DNA of 64,000 nucleotides from Abditibacteriaceae bacterium (GTDB lineage: Bacteria > Armatimonadota > Abditibacteriia > Abditibacteriales > Abditibacteriaceae): NCBI GenBank assembly GCA_965277285.1, contig OZ255721.1, forward strand, positions 32,001 through 96,000. Direction: 5' to 3'. The notes below the pieces were generated by a model. The model made no database searches, was not told where the DNA came from, and worked only from the letters and a program-made list of their open reading frames with translations. A program made the translations under genes and the position numbers. Position 1 is the stretch's first letter. Each line of letters begins with the position of its first letter. Below, piece after piece: positions 10,110 to 23,845 of the stretch.

Positions 10110-11141
10110 CTAAATCTCGTTTGCGCTGCCGGCGTAATCGAAGTGCGTTTCCGACAACATCTCGATTTGATCGAGCGCCTTACCAGTTCCAATCGCCACG
10201 CAGGAAAGCGGGTCTTCCGCGACGTGAACCGGGATTCCGGTGTCCTTGGAAATGAGTTGATCCAATCCGCGCAACAAAGCGCCGCCGCCTGTTAGCCAGA
10301 TGCCGTGCGACACGATGTCGGAGGAGATTTCCGGCGGCGTTTGTTCGAGAACCGAACGCGTGCGCATCACGATTTGATGCACCGGCTCCGCCAAAGCCTC
10401 GCGGATTTCGCCGGACGAAAGCGTGATAGTTTTCGGCAGACCGTCCACCATGTCGCGGCCTTTGACTTCCATGGTGAGTTCTTCTTCCATCGGAAACGCC
10501 GAGCCAATCGCCATCTTGATTTCTTCGGCTGTGCGGTCGCCGATAATCAAATTGTGCTCGCGTTTGACCCAGCGCGCAATCGCGTCATCGAACTTATTGC
10601 CCCCAACGCGCACCGAATCGGAGCGCACAATACCGCCGAGGGAAATCACCGCGATGTCGCTCGTTCCGCCACCGATGTCGACTACCATGTTGCCTTCCGG
10701 GTCGGAGATATTCAAGCCCAGGCCAATCGCCGCCGCCATCGGTTCTTCAATCGGATACGCTTCTTTGGCACCCGCCGAACGTGCCGCATCCAAAACAGCG
10801 CGACGTTCCACACTTGTCACGCCCGAAGGCACGCAGACAATGACGCGCGGTTTGAACATGACGCGCTTGCCCAGCACTTTTTGCATGAAGTGCCGCAGCA
10901 TTTGTTCCGTGACCGTGAAATCGGCGATGACGCCTTCGCGGATCGGCTGAATGGCGATGATCGAAGTCGGTGCGCGACCCAAAATCTGGCGTGCTTCTTC
11001 GCCGAAATACTTCGGTTCGCGCGTGCTTTTATTGATGGCGACGACAGCCGGTTCGCGCAACACAATGCCGCGCCCGCGCTGATAAACCAGCACGTTCGCC
11101 GTCCCCAAATCAATTCCGATGTCACGTGAAAAACCTAACAT
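10110..11141 (-). CDS. mreB: Rod shape-determining protein MreB
   Basis: DIGIDLGTAN, IEEPMAAAIG, VDIGGGT, LTGGGALL motifs. Confidence 0.97.
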   Translation of the reverse strand: MLGFSRDIGIDLGTANVLVYQRGRGIVLREPAVVAINKSTREPKYFGEEARQILGRAPTSIIAIQPIREGVIADFTVTEQMLRHFMQKVLGKRVMFKPRVIVCVPSGVTSVERRAVLDAARSAGAKEAYPIEEPMAAAIGLGLNISDPEGNMVVDIGGGTSDIAVISLGGIVRSDSVRVGGNKFDDAIARWVKREHNLIIGDRTAEEIKMAIGSAFPMEEELTMEVKGRDMVDGLPKTITLSSGEIREALAEPVHQIVMRTRSVLEQTPPEISSDIVSHGIWLTGGGALLRGLDQLISKDTGIPVHVAEDPLSCVAIGTGKALDQIEMLSETHFDYAGSANEI

Positions 11142-11285
11142 TTGATGATACTTTTCTTGACGAACCCAAAGCTTCAGCGAGTGAGATTGTGAATATCATC
11201 TGCCGCGTTTGATGCCCTGAGTTCGTGAGACACAAGTGCGGCCACGACGAAAAACAGCACCCCGTGGCTGCACAATTTACCAACG

Positions 11286-12656
11286 TCATGTGCCAAACGT
11301 CATGTGCGAATCGAGTACTCGATCTCCGTGCGCGCCCTGTTCTCGACCGCCACGACGCACGATTTGGGCGCCCAGTCCACGCAGTTTGTCTTCAAACTTC
11401 TCGTAACCGCGATCAATCCAGTGAACGTTTGTCACTTCGGTCGCGCCTTCGGCACCCAGGCCGGCCAAGATCAAAGCCGCGCCCGCGCGCAAATCTGAGG
11501 CTTCGACTTCGGCGCCGCGCAGTTTTGTCACGCCGTTGACAATCGCCGTGTTATCGATCAACGAAACCGAAGCGCCCATGCGCACCAGTTCCGGCACGCA
11601 ATTAAAACGCCCGTCATACAAGTTTTCCTGCACAGCCGAACGACCTTGCGCCACGCACATCATCGTCACGAACGGAGGTTGCAAATCGGTCGCATAACCT
11701 GGAAAGGGTGCCGTCACAATGTCGGTCGCGCGCAGAGGAACCACAAACTTGGCGCGAATCCAATCGTCGCCGTGCGTCACGTCCAGGCCAGCTTCGCGCA
11801 ACTTGTCCAGATAAATCGGCAAATGCTGCGGCGCCAATCCGCGCGTCGTGATGTCGCCATGCGTCAAGCCCGCCGCCGCCAGATAAGTTCCGGCTTCGAT
11901 GCGGTCGTAATCCACTGTATGTTCCGCGCCATGCAATTCGTCGACGCCTTCAATTGAGATCGTCGCAGTGCCCGCGCCCCAGACTTTGCCACCCATTTTA
12001 TTGAGCAGTTCGGCGATGTCGGAAACTTCGGGTTCGCGCGCCGCGTTTTCAATCGTCGTCGTTCCTTCCGCCAGGCACGCCGCCATCATTATGTTGACAG
12101 TCGCGCCGACGCTGGAGTTTTTCGGTTCGAGATAAATCGTTGCGCCGCGCCACGAAGGAGCTTCCGCCTTCATCGCACCGTGCTCGACTTCGATGGTCGC
12201 GCCCATTTTCTGAAAGGCGTCGACATGGTAATTGACGGGACGCGCGCCCAGAACGCAGCCGCCAGGAAGCGGGACTTCGGCCTGTCGCAAGCGCGCGAGC
12301 AGGGGAGCCGCGACGTAAAAACTGGCGCGCATCTTTCGCACCAGATGATCCGGCGCGCGATGCGTCGTCAAGTTTTCCGCATTGACCGTGACCGTGTGAT
12401 TCTCGAACTTGACGACCGCGCCCAGCGCGCGCAACATCTGGCACATCGTTTCCACATCGGAAATCGCGGGCACGTTGTGCAACACGCATTCGCCGCGCGA
12501 GGCCAGAAGCGAAGCCGCTAAAATTGCCAGGCTGGAGTTTTTAGAGCCGGAAACTTCGACTTCGCCGTGTAATGTAGCGCCACCTAAAATGACGATGTGT
12601 TCTTCTAAAGTTTTATGGTTTTCGTGAGTGAGACCAGCGGGATGAACGATTTTCAT
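11286..12656 (-). CDS. murA: UDP-N-acetylglucosamine 1-carboxyvinyltransferase
   Basis: [22 protein letters not shown] (catalytic Cys), [16 protein letters not shown]; start uncertain (12656 or 12707). Confidence 0.97.
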   Translation of the reverse strand: MKIVHPAGLTHENHKTLEEHIVILGGATLHGEVEVSGSKNSSLAILAASLLASRGECVLHNVPAISDVETMCQMLRALGAVVKFENHTVTVNAENLTTHRAPDHLVRKMRASFYVAAPLLARLRQAEVPLPGGCVLGARPVNYHVDAFQKMGATIEVEHGAMKAEAPSWRGATIYLEPKNSSVGATVNIMMAACLAEGTTTIENAAREPEVSDIAELLNKMGGKVWGAGTATISIEGVDELHGAEHTVDYDRIEAGTYLAAAGLTHGDITTRGLAPQHLPIYLDKLREAGLDVTHGDDWIRAKFVVPLRATDIVTAPFPGYATDLQPPFVTMMCVAQGRSAVQENLYDGRFNCVPELVRMGASVSLIDNTAIVNGVTKLRGAEVEASDLRAGAALILAGLGAEGATEVTNVHWIDRGYEKFEDKLRGLGAQIVRRGGREQGAHGDRVLDSHMTFGT

Positions 12657-12859
12657 GAGAGTTCCTTGTTTCGACGAGGAGGTTGGAGGCTGCGTTTGTC
12701 GGGGCACAAGGCCGGAAAAAGAAGAAGTTGTAAAATTGAAAGTTGAGCGAAACGCCTTGTGTCCGACGCTCGAAAGGGCAATCGAGTACTCGATTGCCCT
12801 TTGATTCTACATTGTTTCAACAAAGTTGGCGAACGAAACGCGGATAACAACGGCATTCA

Positions 12860-13278
12860 TCAGCGTCCTCCCGCGATGCGCAAGCGATTTTGAGCACGCT
12901 TCAAAGCGGCCTCCGCGCGCGAACGCTCCAGTTGAAAACCAGCGTCCATTTGCCCGCTTAAGCGCGAACTGGCGCGACTTTCCGCTTCGCGCGCCCGCTC
13001 GACGTTGATGTCGGAGGCACTTTCCGCCGAATCCGCCAAAATCATCGCCACGTTATCGGCGACTTGGAAAAATCCGCCGCCGACTGCCATGCGTGTCTGC
13101 TGGCCGTTCGCGTCGGTGATTTCGACGTAACCCGCCGTCAAAGCCGCAATCATTGGCGCGTGCGAGCGCAACACTCCAAAACGCGACTCCAATCCAGGCA
13201 ACGTGATGGACTCGACATCGCCGTTGAAAACTTCGCGCTCCGGCGTTACCACTTGTAAATGAAAAATTCCTGCCATAA
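12860..13278 (-). CDS. atpC: ATP synthase F1 epsilon subunit
   Basis: LQVVTPER, FGVLRSHAPMI, VGGGF, RAEAALKRA. Confidence 0.95.
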
Positions 13279-13354
13279 ATATCGAAAACAAAGAACCGAG
13301 TACTGAATTTCAACTAATCAAACAACTGAAGACACCATAATGAAAGTAGGAGTT

Positions 13355-13447
13355 TGTCATTCTGAGCCTGCCCGTAGGGTACCCGCCGCCCAAAGGGCAC
13401 CCGAATCTGAGCCCTAAGCCAGATTCTTCGCTGCGCTCAGAATGACA
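13355..13447. repeat. REP family A doublet with internal mini-hairpin insertion
   Basis: TGTCATTCTGAG...AGATTCTTCGCTGCGCTCAGAATGACA; left arm interrupted by CTGCCCGTAGGGTACCC and CCGCCCAAAGGGCACCC. Confidence 0.8.
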
Positions 13448-13514
13448 AACCGTGAGTTTGAACGCCTTTACTACTTTCTCTACGCGCTCAAAATGCCAAA
13501 CCCACCTTCTGGAC

Positions 13515-14258
13515 TTATCGTCCACTCGACAACAAACCGCCGACTACGCCACCCAGCAAGTTTCCAGGCGATGAACTTTCGCCGCTGGTTTGCGGCAAAT
13601 AATGCCCGATTTCTTCCGCCAGATTCATAATCGGCATGCTTTGCAGCCAAGCGCGTCCCGGGCCAGTCAAGGTCGCCAGAAACAAACCTTCGCCACCAAA
13701 CAGAACGTTACGAAAACCCTTCACCATTTGAATATCGAACTGCATCGTCGGCGTGTGAATGCCGATATGTCCGGCGTGAACCAACAATTTCTGACCCGGC
13801 TGCAAATCTTCGGTAATCACTTCGCCCGATAAATCGAGCCACACAACACCTGGACCTGTCACGCGCTGCAAGATGAACCCCGCGCCCCCGAAGAAACCCG
13901 CACCCATTTTCTGCTGCCACGCGATTTCCAATCCGACGGATTTCTGCGCGCACAAAAACGTTTCCTTGCGGCAAATCAGCGATTGTCCGGCCTGCAATTC
14001 AAACGGCAAAATCGTGCCCGGAAAACGTGGAGCAAATGCAATACGCGCCTCGCCTTCGGCAGTGAAATCGGTGATAAAGAGGCTGCCGCCGCTCATGCTG
14101 CGCTTCAAGCCCGCCATCAAACCGCCACCGGTGTGCGTGTCCATGCGCACGTTGTCCGACATCCACGCCATCGTGTTGGTCTGGCTGTAAAGCTGCTCGC
14201 CCGCATTCAGCGTGACGTCAACTATCTGCATCGTCGTACCTGAAATTTTATATTGCAT
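13515..14258 (-). CDS. AIM24/TIGR00266 family protein
   Basis: MQYKISGTTMQ, FGGAGFILQ, FGGEGLFLATLTGPG..WLQSMP. Confidence 0.9.
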   Translation of the reverse strand: MQYKISGTTMQIVDVTLNAGEQLYSQTNTMAWMSDNVRMDTHTGGGLMAGLKRSMSGGSLFITDFTAEGEARIAFAPRFPGTILPFELQAGQSLICRKETFLCAQKSVGLEIAWQQKMGAGFFGGAGFILQRVTGPGVVWLDLSGEVITEDLQPGQKLLVHAGHIGIHTPTMQFDIQMVKGFRNVLFGGEGLFLATLTGPGRAWLQSMPIMNLAEEIGHYLPQTSGESSSPGNLLGGVVGGLLSSGR

Positions 14259-14328
14259 CTCAAGACTCCCACAGAATCTCGACCAAACATCGAGTACTCG
14301 ATTGTCGTCAACGTCATGCTTCCAACGT

Positions 14329-17002
<2,674 letters not shown>

Positions 17003-17008
17003 TTAATT

Positions 17009-17767
17009 TTAGTCCCACCACAAAAACAAACTGCGTGATTCTTCGATGTTGTCGGCCAGCATTTTTAAAGCACGCTGGTTCAATTGCTCTCTGTCATCAA
17101 TCGAAGGCTGCAACTCTTGAATACGAGCCATCAGTTCTTCGCCTGTGACTTGACCAAGATGTGCTTTCTCGTGCAATTCCAAAAGTTCTTCGATGTTTTC
17201 ATCTGAGTCTTCGGCTTCAGATGCGTAACCTTGATCAATGATGTCGGGACAAAACTCATAAACCTCTTGAGCAAACGCCAACAAATTGTCAGGCAGTTTC
17301 TCGAAGGTCAAAGCGACAACATCGTGCTTCACACCGACGATATTGATACCGTAACTCGAATTCCAACTCTGTAACTTCGCCAACACGTCGGCGTTAGAAA
17401 CCTCGTAATTGTCGCCATTCGTATGAAATGTGCGCAATGCCTCAAACTGATCTTCTGCCCGCAATATAAACAGTGCTGGCTCTGATGACATCATCAACAG
17501 AAAGACTTTGTATCCCAAAGAATTGATTTTCGTATTAAGAACACGACTCAGTTCTTCTAAACGCTGGAGTTTGACATCAAAAGTTTTTTCGCTCTTTTGC
17601 TCTGCGACCAAAACCAGCAAAGCCGGTTTGTCTTCCAAGCCTCCGTCCTCATCTTGCGCGCGAAGTTGCTGAAATGAACAGTCTGCACTGGCTTTGACTT
17701 GTTCCAGCACATTCTCATCGAAACCGATGCGAACTGCTAAATCTTGTTCTTCTTGAGAAAGCGCCAT
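17009..17767 (-). CDS. DUF4253-like protein inserted in the atp operon
   Basis: FAQEVYEFCPDIIDQG and terminal FLWWD motif; acidic; AT-richer than atp genes. Confidence 0.75.
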   Translation of the reverse strand: MALSQEEQDLAVRIGFDENVLEQVKASADCSFQQLRAQDEDGGLEDKPALLVLVAEQKSEKTFDVKLQRLEELSRVLNTKINSLGYKVFLLMMSSEPALFILRAEDQFEALRTFHTNGDNYEVSNADVLAKLQSWNSSYGINIVGVKHDVVALTFEKLPDNLLAFAQEVYEFCPDIIDQGYASEAEDSDENIEELLELHEKAHLGQVTGEELMARIQELQPSIDDREQLNQRALKMLADNIEESRSLFLWWD

Positions 17768-17773
17768 AGCAAG

Positions 17774-19342
17774 TTAAGCCGCAACTGCCGTATTCTGCAC
17801 CGTTTGAGTACTCGATCCGTTGGCGAAGGCAGCGTTGAAGTCTTCCAGCGCGCCTTTAAGCTTTTCTTCGTTGTCTTTGGTGATCTGCTTTTCGTTGACA
17901 ATCGAGGACACGACATCGGGGTAACGCTGCGGAATATAGCGCAACAGTTCGCTTTCATAACGACCCGCTTGATCAACCGGAAAAGCGTCCATGTAACCGT
18001 TTGAGGCGGCGTAGATAATCAAAACTTGCTGATCGACCGACATTGGCGCGTAGTTCGCCTGCTTCAAAATCTCGGTCAATCGCTGGCCGCGCGACAATTG
18101 CGCCTGCGTGCTCTTGTCCAAATCGGACGCGAACTGCGCGAACGCCGCGAGTTCACGGAAGCGCGCCAGGTCAAGCTTCAAGCGACCGGCGACCTGCTTC
18201 ATCGCTTTGGTTTGCGCGGCGGAACCAACGCGCGAAACGCTCAAGCCGACGTTGATGGCGGGACGCACACCGGCGTAAAACAAGTCCGGCTCCAAAAAGA
18301 TCTGGCCGTCTGTAATCGAAATCACGTTGGTCGGGATATACGCCGAAATGTCGTTCATCTGCGTTTCGATGATTGGCAAAGCGGTCAAAGAACCGCCGCC
18401 CAAATCGCGGTGCAACTTCGCCGAACGCTCCAGCAAGCGCGAGTGCAAGTTGAACACGTCGCCTGGATACGCTTCGCGGCCCGGCGGACGGCGCAACAGC
18501 AAACTCATCGAGCGATACGCGACAGCGTGCTTCGACAAATCATCATAAACGATGAGCGCGTGCTGCGCGTTGTCGCGGAAATATTCGCCCATAGCAGTTC
18601 CGGCATACGGCGCGATGTATTGCAAAGGCGCCGAATCGTTGGCGCCCGCCACGACGACAATCGTGTACTCCATCGCGCCGACTTTTTCTAACTGCGCGAC
18701 TAAGGCTGCAATCGTTCCCTGCTTTTGGCCGATAGCAACGTAAATACAAAACACGTCTTTGCCGCGCTGATTGACAATCGCGTCAATAGCCACGCTGGTT
18801 TTTCCAGTTTGGCGGTCACCGATAATCAGTTCGCGCTGACCGCGACCAATCGGGATCATCGAGTCAATCGCTTTGATGCCGGTTTGCAGCGGCTCTTTGA
18901 CGCCTTCGCGCTGCATCACGCCGGGCGCTTTTACTTCGATCAAGCGGCGCTCGGTTGTTGCAATCGGACCTTTGCCGTCAATCGGTTCGCCCAGAGCGTT
19001 CACGACGCGACCAATCAAGGCCGGGCCGACGGGAACATCGGCGATGCGACCGGTGGTTTTTACCGTGTCGCCTTCTTTGATGTGCGTATATTCGCCCGCG
19101 ATCACGACACCGACATTATCGGCTTCCAAGTTCAAGGCGATGCCCATCGTTGGCAAGCCGGAAGTCGGCGAGGCGGGAAACTCCAGCAATTCGCCCGATT
19201 TGCAACCTTGCAAACCATAAACGCGCGCGATTCCGTCGCCGATTTCCAGTACTGTTCCGACATCCACCATCGAAACTTGGTTGCCGAAATTCGTCAACTC
19301 GCCTTGCAATACTCGTGTAATTTCTTCAGGCCTCAAAGCCAT
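17774..19342 (-). CDS. atpA: ATP synthase F1 alpha subunit
   Basis: [35 protein letters not shown]. Confidence 0.98.
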   Translation of the reverse strand: MALRPEEITRVLQGELTNFGNQVSMVDVGTVLEIGDGIARVYGLQGCKSGELLEFPASPTSGLPTMGIALNLEADNVGVVIAGEYTHIKEGDTVKTTGRIADVPVGPALIGRVVNALGEPIDGKGPIATTERRLIEVKAPGVMQREGVKEPLQTGIKAIDSMIPIGRGQRELIIGDRQTGKTSVAIDAIVNQRGKDVFCIYVAIGQKQGTIAALVAQLEKVGAMEYTIVVVAGANDSAPLQYIAPYAGTAMGEYFRDNAQHALIVYDDLSKHAVAYRSMSLLLRRPPGREAYPGDVFNLHSRLLERSAKLHRDLGGGSLTALPIIETQMNDISAYIPTNVISITDGQIFLEPDLFYAGVRPAINVGLSVSRVGSAAQTKAMKQVAGRLKLDLARFRELAAFAQFASDLDKSTQAQLSRGQRLTEILKQANYAPMSVDQQVLIIYAASNGYMDAFPVDQAGRYESELLRYIPQRYPDVVSSIVNEKQITKDNEEKLKGALEDFNAAFANGSSTQTVQNTAVAA

Positions 19343-19410
19343 TGCGTTCTCCTGTCTTCAACTATCTCAATAATTATTGCAATCTTTATATTTGCAGAAA
19401 ACATCGGATC

Positions 19411-19438
19411 GTAGGGACGCAGATTTCTGCGTCCCTAC
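19411..19438. repeat. GTAG-type REP singlet (family B)
   Basis: GTAGGGACGCAGATTTCTGCGTCCCTAC. Confidence 0.85.
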
Positions 19439-19462
19439 GATTTACGATTTACGAAAAACTTC

Positions 19463-20020
19463 CTAAATCACTTTCGCGCGCTTCAACTGATCGCGCAATT
19501 GCGCCAGTTGCGTGGTGACGCTGCCATCAATCAATTTATCGCCGACGCGAATTACTAAACCGCCCAAAATGCTGGGGTCAACGCGCGTTGTCAGGCGAAT
19601 CGTCCGCAATCCCGTGCTCGATTTCAAGCGTTCGATCAAAGCCGTTTGCTGCGCTTCTGTTAAAGGCACGGCGGAAGTCGCTTCGGCGTCCGCTTCGCCG
19701 CGATATTCATCGACAAAGCGATTGAATTCGCGCGCGACGTGCGGCAAAATGTGGATGCGGTCTTTGTCCACCAGCAAGAACAAAAAATGCTCGACATCGG
19801 GACGAATCGAGGCGCCGAAAATCTGATGCAAAGCGTCTTTGCGGCGGTCGTGCGTGATACGTGGATCGCCCAGAGCGCGCATGATGTCCGGCGACGAACT
19901 CATGGTTTGCGTGATTGTCGCCATATCGTTTGCAATCGCGTCCACTTCATCGTGTCCCAGCGCCACATTAAAGAGCGCATGCGAATAGCGCCGCACCGCG
20001 CTGCTGTCACCAATCGCCAT
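19463..20020 (-). CDS. atpH: ATP synthase F1 delta subunit
   Basis: RRYSHALF, SAVPL, VDPSILGG...GDKLIDGS. Confidence 0.95.
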   Translation of the reverse strand: MAIGDSSAVRRYSHALFNVALGHDEVDAIANDMATITQTMSSSPDIMRALGDPRITHDRRKDALHQIFGASIRPDVEHFLFLLVDKDRIHILPHVAREFNRFVDEYRGEADAEATSAVPLTEAQQTALIERLKSSTGLRTIRLTTRVDPSILGGLVIRVGDKLIDGSVTTQLAQLRDQLKRAKVI

Positions 20021-20547
20021 TAATTCGCGCTCCCGTTCGTCAATCGAGTACTCGAATCCGCCGTTCCCAGACCCGCAATCACGTCATCAATCAGGCGCGC
20101 GTGATTCGGCCCATCAAGATTCGTTTTAACGACGCGCGAAGCCGCGCCAATCGCCAGATTTGCGACCTGATCGCGCATTTCAATGAGCACTTTGCGGCGT
20201 TCCTGCTCGATTTCCTGTTGGCCGCGCAATACAATCGCTTCGCTGTCGGCCTTGGCTTTGGCGAGGATTTCGTCGCGCGCTGCCTGCGCGTCTTTAACTG
20301 CCGCCTGGATTTTATCGCGCGCTTCGTCCTCGATTTTCGCCAGACGATCTTCATATTCGCGCTGCAAACGCACCATTTCATCGCGCCGCGCTTGAGCCTC
20401 GTCAATGTTGCCCTGAATATGCTTTTGACGCGCTTCCAGCAAATTGAACAGCGGCCCGAAGGCATACTTGACCAGGACAAACATCAAGATCAAGAAGCCG
20501 ACGATGGAGATTAAAATTGCTTGTGTGTCAATGCCTAAAGATCCCAC
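20020..20547 (-). CDS. atpF: ATP synthase Fo subunit b
   Basis: Single N-terminal TM then coiled coil; operon position. Confidence 0.95.
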   Translation of the reverse strand: MGSLGIDTQAILISIVGFLILMFVLVKYAFGPLFNLLEARQKHIQGNIDEAQARRDEMVRLQREYEDRLAKIEDEARDKIQAAVKDAQAARDEILAKAKADSEAIVLRGQQEIEQERRKVLIEMRDQVANLAIGAASRVVKTNLDGPNHARLIDDVIAGLGTADSSTRLTNGSAN

Positions 20548-20600
20548 AGAACCATCCTGAACAACTTTTATTTGATAACGATATTCCAGAGTTTGGAAAG

Positions 20601-20679
20601 AACCCTGAGCGTAAGCGACGGGTGAATTCTCAAGGAGAACAAACTCTTACTTTTCACCCGTCGCTTACGCTCAGGGTTC
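20601..20679. repeat. REP-like doublet, family C (AACCC.GAGCGTAAGCGA.GGG and inverse)
   Basis: Inverted pair; related copies at about 40594-40714, 50941-51052, 55750-55824. Confidence 0.85.
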
Positions 20680-20734
20680 TTTGGAGTATGGCGCGTAATA
20701 TCGAGTGCTCGATACTACGCGCCACAACACTCTT

Positions 20735-21007
20735 TTACTTACCGGCTTGAATCGCCTGCATTACTTGATCGACGCCCGGCAGTTTGCTCTGCAACATGAA
20801 GAACATGAGCAGCGCGTAGATGACCAGCGACTCGATCAGCGCCAAACCGATAATCATCGCGGTCTGAATTGTGCCGCTCGCTTCCGGCTGGCGCGCCATG
20901 CCTTCCAACGCCGCCGCGGTCGCGCGACCCTGACCCAAACCGGCTCCGATAACCGCGATCGGCAAGCCCAGACCGGCTGCCATTGCCAACATACCCCAAT
21001 ACAACAT
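20735..21007 (-). CDS. atpE: ATP synthase Fo subunit c
   Basis: GAGLGQG, ARQPE loop, LALIES proton-binding Glu. Confidence 0.97.
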   Translation of the reverse strand: MLYWGMLAMAAGLGLPIAVIGAGLGQGRATAAALEGMARQPEASGTIQTAMIIGLALIESLVIYALLMFFMLQSKLPGVDQVMQAIQAGK

Positions 21008-21123
21008 GACCTTGCTCCTTGTTCCGGTTTAACCGGAGAAATAATTTTTGCGCAACCGGAAATTTCGCAGGTTGCGCGCTCTTACGCCGTGTTACGCCAA
21101 TGACGTGTTACGCCAGCGACGTG

Positions 21124-22497
21124 TTACGCCAGCGACGTTTCCGAAGGATGTCCAACGACAACTTCGCGTCCCTCGACTCGCGTATGTTCGGTCGTGCCAT
21201 GAACGTCGTGCGCATCGTGAGCATCATGGTGAGTACTCAAAATAGCGATGTAAATCGCCAGCAGCGTCGAAAACACCAGCGCTTGCAACGCTCCGAAGAA
21301 CGTTCCCAAAAACAACATCGGCAACTGAAACGGAATCGGCAACCAGTGCGGCAAGATGGCAACTGCCAAACCCGTCAACGTCGCAATCACCATTTCTTCG
21401 CCGAAGACGTTGCACAACAATCGCATCGCCAAGCTGAGCGGCTTAATCATCTCGCCGATCATGTGCAACGGAAAGTTGAGCGGCGCCAGCCAGATCGGTT
21501 CGCCGACAAAGTGCATGAACCAGCTTTTAACGCCCGCTTCCCGAATCGCAATGACATGAACGCAGACGAACGCCACCAACGCGAGCGCAATCGGAATGTT
21601 CGGGTTCGATGTCGGCGACAACAAGCCCGGCACCAAGCCGATCCAGTTCATAAATAAAATGGTGAAGAAGAACGAAGCGATCAACGGCGCATACTTCATC
21701 GCTAGAGGGCGCCCCATAATTCCGATCAGATAATCGCGGAAACCTTCGGCTGCCGCTTCGACCAGGTTCGCCAGCGAATGCGGCTTTCCGGTCGGACGAA
21801 TGCGAGCCTTGCGCGCGCCAATTGTGGCCAGTGAACCTAAGCCGATCATCACCAACAAGGCCAGCACCAAGTAATCGTAGCGAATGCTTTTGATGTTCTC
21901 GACGTGATGCTCGCCGTTGTGCTCTTCCATGCGCGGTGCCTCTTCATGCGTGAACATGCGCGCAATCGGGTTAATCCACGTTCCGGCATGCGGATCGAAG
22001 GTGCCCGGCTTGTCGCTGGGATCGCTGCTTTCCGTTGTTCCCGCCGTCGGCGTATGACCCGAAGTCAAACCGCTGCCCGTCGTACCGATTTCAGGACGAA
22101 CCGGCGGCGCGACATCGTTTTGCGTTGTCGCATTGTCGGTTGGCGCGGCGGTCGCAGGGTTGTTCGTCGCGCCAACTGCGCTATTTGATGTCGCGTTTGG
22201 TTGCACGCCGTTCGACGGTACACCGTTCGTTGTCACGCCGTTCGTTTGCGCGCCAGTTGAAGCCGCAACGTCGCCCGGTGTCGAGCCAGCACTTGGCGCT
22301 ACATCGTTCGTCGTCGCACCTGCATTGGGCGAAACGTCGTTTGTCGTGACCGAACTCGTCGTGTCATTGGAAGTCGCAGGTGTCACGTCTTGCGCATGAA
22401 CGGCGCCCGTCAGCAGCAAGCCGAGAAACGCCACTACGAGTACTCGATTTCCGCGTCGCCACATATTATTAAGAAGATTTCTTTTCATTGGAAACAT
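21124..22497 (-). CDS. atpB: ATP synthase Fo subunit a with long N-terminal extension
   Basis: PLSLAMRLLCNVFG and ALQALVFSTL motifs; preceded by a signal peptide and T/N/S/P-rich region. Confidence 0.93.
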   Translation of the reverse strand: MFPMKRNLLNNMWRRGNRVLVVAFLGLLLTGAVHAQDVTPATSNDTTSSVTTNDVSPNAGATTNDVAPSAGSTPGDVAASTGAQTNGVTTNGVPSNGVQPNATSNSAVGATNNPATAAPTDNATTQNDVAPPVRPEIGTTGSGLTSGHTPTAGTTESSDPSDKPGTFDPHAGTWINPIARMFTHEEAPRMEEHNGEHHVENIKSIRYDYLVLALLVMIGLGSLATIGARKARIRPTGKPHSLANLVEAAAEGFRDYLIGIMGRPLAMKYAPLIASFFFTILFMNWIGLVPGLLSPTSNPNIPIALALVAFVCVHVIAIREAGVKSWFMHFVGEPIWLAPLNFPLHMIGEMIKPLSLAMRLLCNVFGEEMVIATLTGLAVAILPHWLPIPFQLPMLFLGTFFGALQALVFSTLLAIYIAILSTHHDAHDAHDVHGTTEHTRVEGREVVVGHPSETSLA

Positions 22498-23056
22498 ATT
22501 CGTGCAACGGCTTTTGATTGTGCAACATCAAACGACTGATAACTTTCGAGAAAATGACGACCTGCAAAACGGTGAACCCAACTGCAAACGCTGCAGGAAC
22601 CAACACGCCGAATCGTAATCCCCAGTAAATTCCGACCGCGATCAAAACATATTTCGCGGGCAGCAAAAACGCCAAAGGCACGCGCATCAACCAGCCGGTT
22701 TCGGTGCTCGCTTCTTTCGATTTCGCCAATCGCGCCACCAACATCTGCTGCGATTTGAGCAACGCCAAACCGAGCAACGCGCCGCTTGCAAAAGACAAAG
22801 TGAGCGGCAAATTGCGCGAGACAATTCCCAGGCACAGCGTTAAAAAAGTGCCGAACCACAAGGTTGTGCGCGCGGTGCGACCCAAAAAAGCGGCGTCCAA
22901 CGGTGCGACTGTCTTGGACGCCGACGGCGACTTCGTATCCCGCGCGACTGTGCGCTGCGAAGACAACGATGAATTGAACTTCAAACCCTCGGCGAACGAA
23001 GGCTGCGGCGGTGCGGGCAAAGTCTTTTTCATGCGACAAATTTCGTCTTGGCTCAA
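22469..23056 (-). CDS. atpI: ATP synthase protein I-like membrane protein
   Basis: Four hydrophobic segments; position upstream of atpB. Confidence 0.65.
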   Translation of the reverse strand: MSQDEICRMKKTLPAPPQPSFAEGLKFNSSLSSQRTVARDTKSPSASKTVAPLDAAFLGRTARTTLWFGTFLTLCLGIVSRNLPLTLSFASGALLGLALLKSQQMLVARLAKSKEASTETGWLMRVPLAFLLPAKYVLIAVGIYWGLRFGVLVPAAFAVGFTVLQVVIFSKVISRLMLHNQKPLHEYVSNEKKSS

Positions 23057-23644
23057 CTTTTCTTTTGCGACTCGTCGTTTGCGTTGTCCGGCTTCTCGCC
23101 CAACAAGCGTTGCGTCAAGGTTTGTTCATCTATATTGGCGTCCGCCTGGTCAATCGAGTACTCGATTGGCTTGTGCTGCGCATCGAAACTTGCTGTCGGT
23201 GGCGCCGGAACTTGAAATACACGCGGTCGAACTCGTTCAGTTTGCGCTACGCCTTCCGCTTCATCCCTTGAACCATCGGGCGCAAAGTTTGAGGTCAGAT
23301 TTGTTGCATTCGCCTGACGTTCGCTTTGCACTTCGGCTTTGCGGCGCGCTTCAAAGGTGTTCGCGTCGCGGATCGTCAGCATCATCTGGCGAAAGCCTGC
23401 GACTACTCCAACCAGAAACAAAATCGGTGTCCAATACGCCGTGCCGAAATGTTTATCCAGCCACCAACCGGCACCCGCTCCCGCGATGATGCAACCCACG
23501 AGCGTCAGGCCAATGCTGGACGCTTGCGCGCCACTCACGCCGCCGCCTTTGATGCGCTCCAGGCGCGCCTTGGCCAACTGCGACGCCAAACCTTCAGGCG
23601 CCTCGTCTTTTTGCTGCGGACTTTTTGACAGACCGTTCGCCATA
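23053..23644 (-). CDS. AtpZ/AtpI family protein (ATPase gene 1)
   Basis: GAGWWLDKHFGT..W...FLVGVVAGF motif; first gene of the operon. Confidence 0.8.
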
Positions 23645-23845
23645 GATGCGCCTCGCGGAATCACAGCAATTGTAGCAGGCTTGAACCAAACGGTCAAGAC
23701 AAGTTTGAGCGGTTCGTGAAAAAAATCACAAGATTTAGGAACTGTTTGCTTGATACCGCGCTTTGGCGTTCACAAGGTATCGAGCGTTGGGAAAGTCCGC
23801 TACAATAAAAAGTAGAATCAAGTATCTGGACAGTGTTTCTTTCTT

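Noticed and set aside
10305..11129. Long antisense ORFs over mreB and similarly over atpD, atpA, the TonB receptor, crtB and metG
   Set aside because: They are shadow frames of well-supported genes, expected from GC-biased codon usage, and have no motifs.
21082..21138. Possible CRISPR array (also considered at 58923-58958 and in the glycosidase repeats)
   Set aside because: Units are contiguous tandem duplications or coding repeats with no unique spacers, and no cas genes are present.
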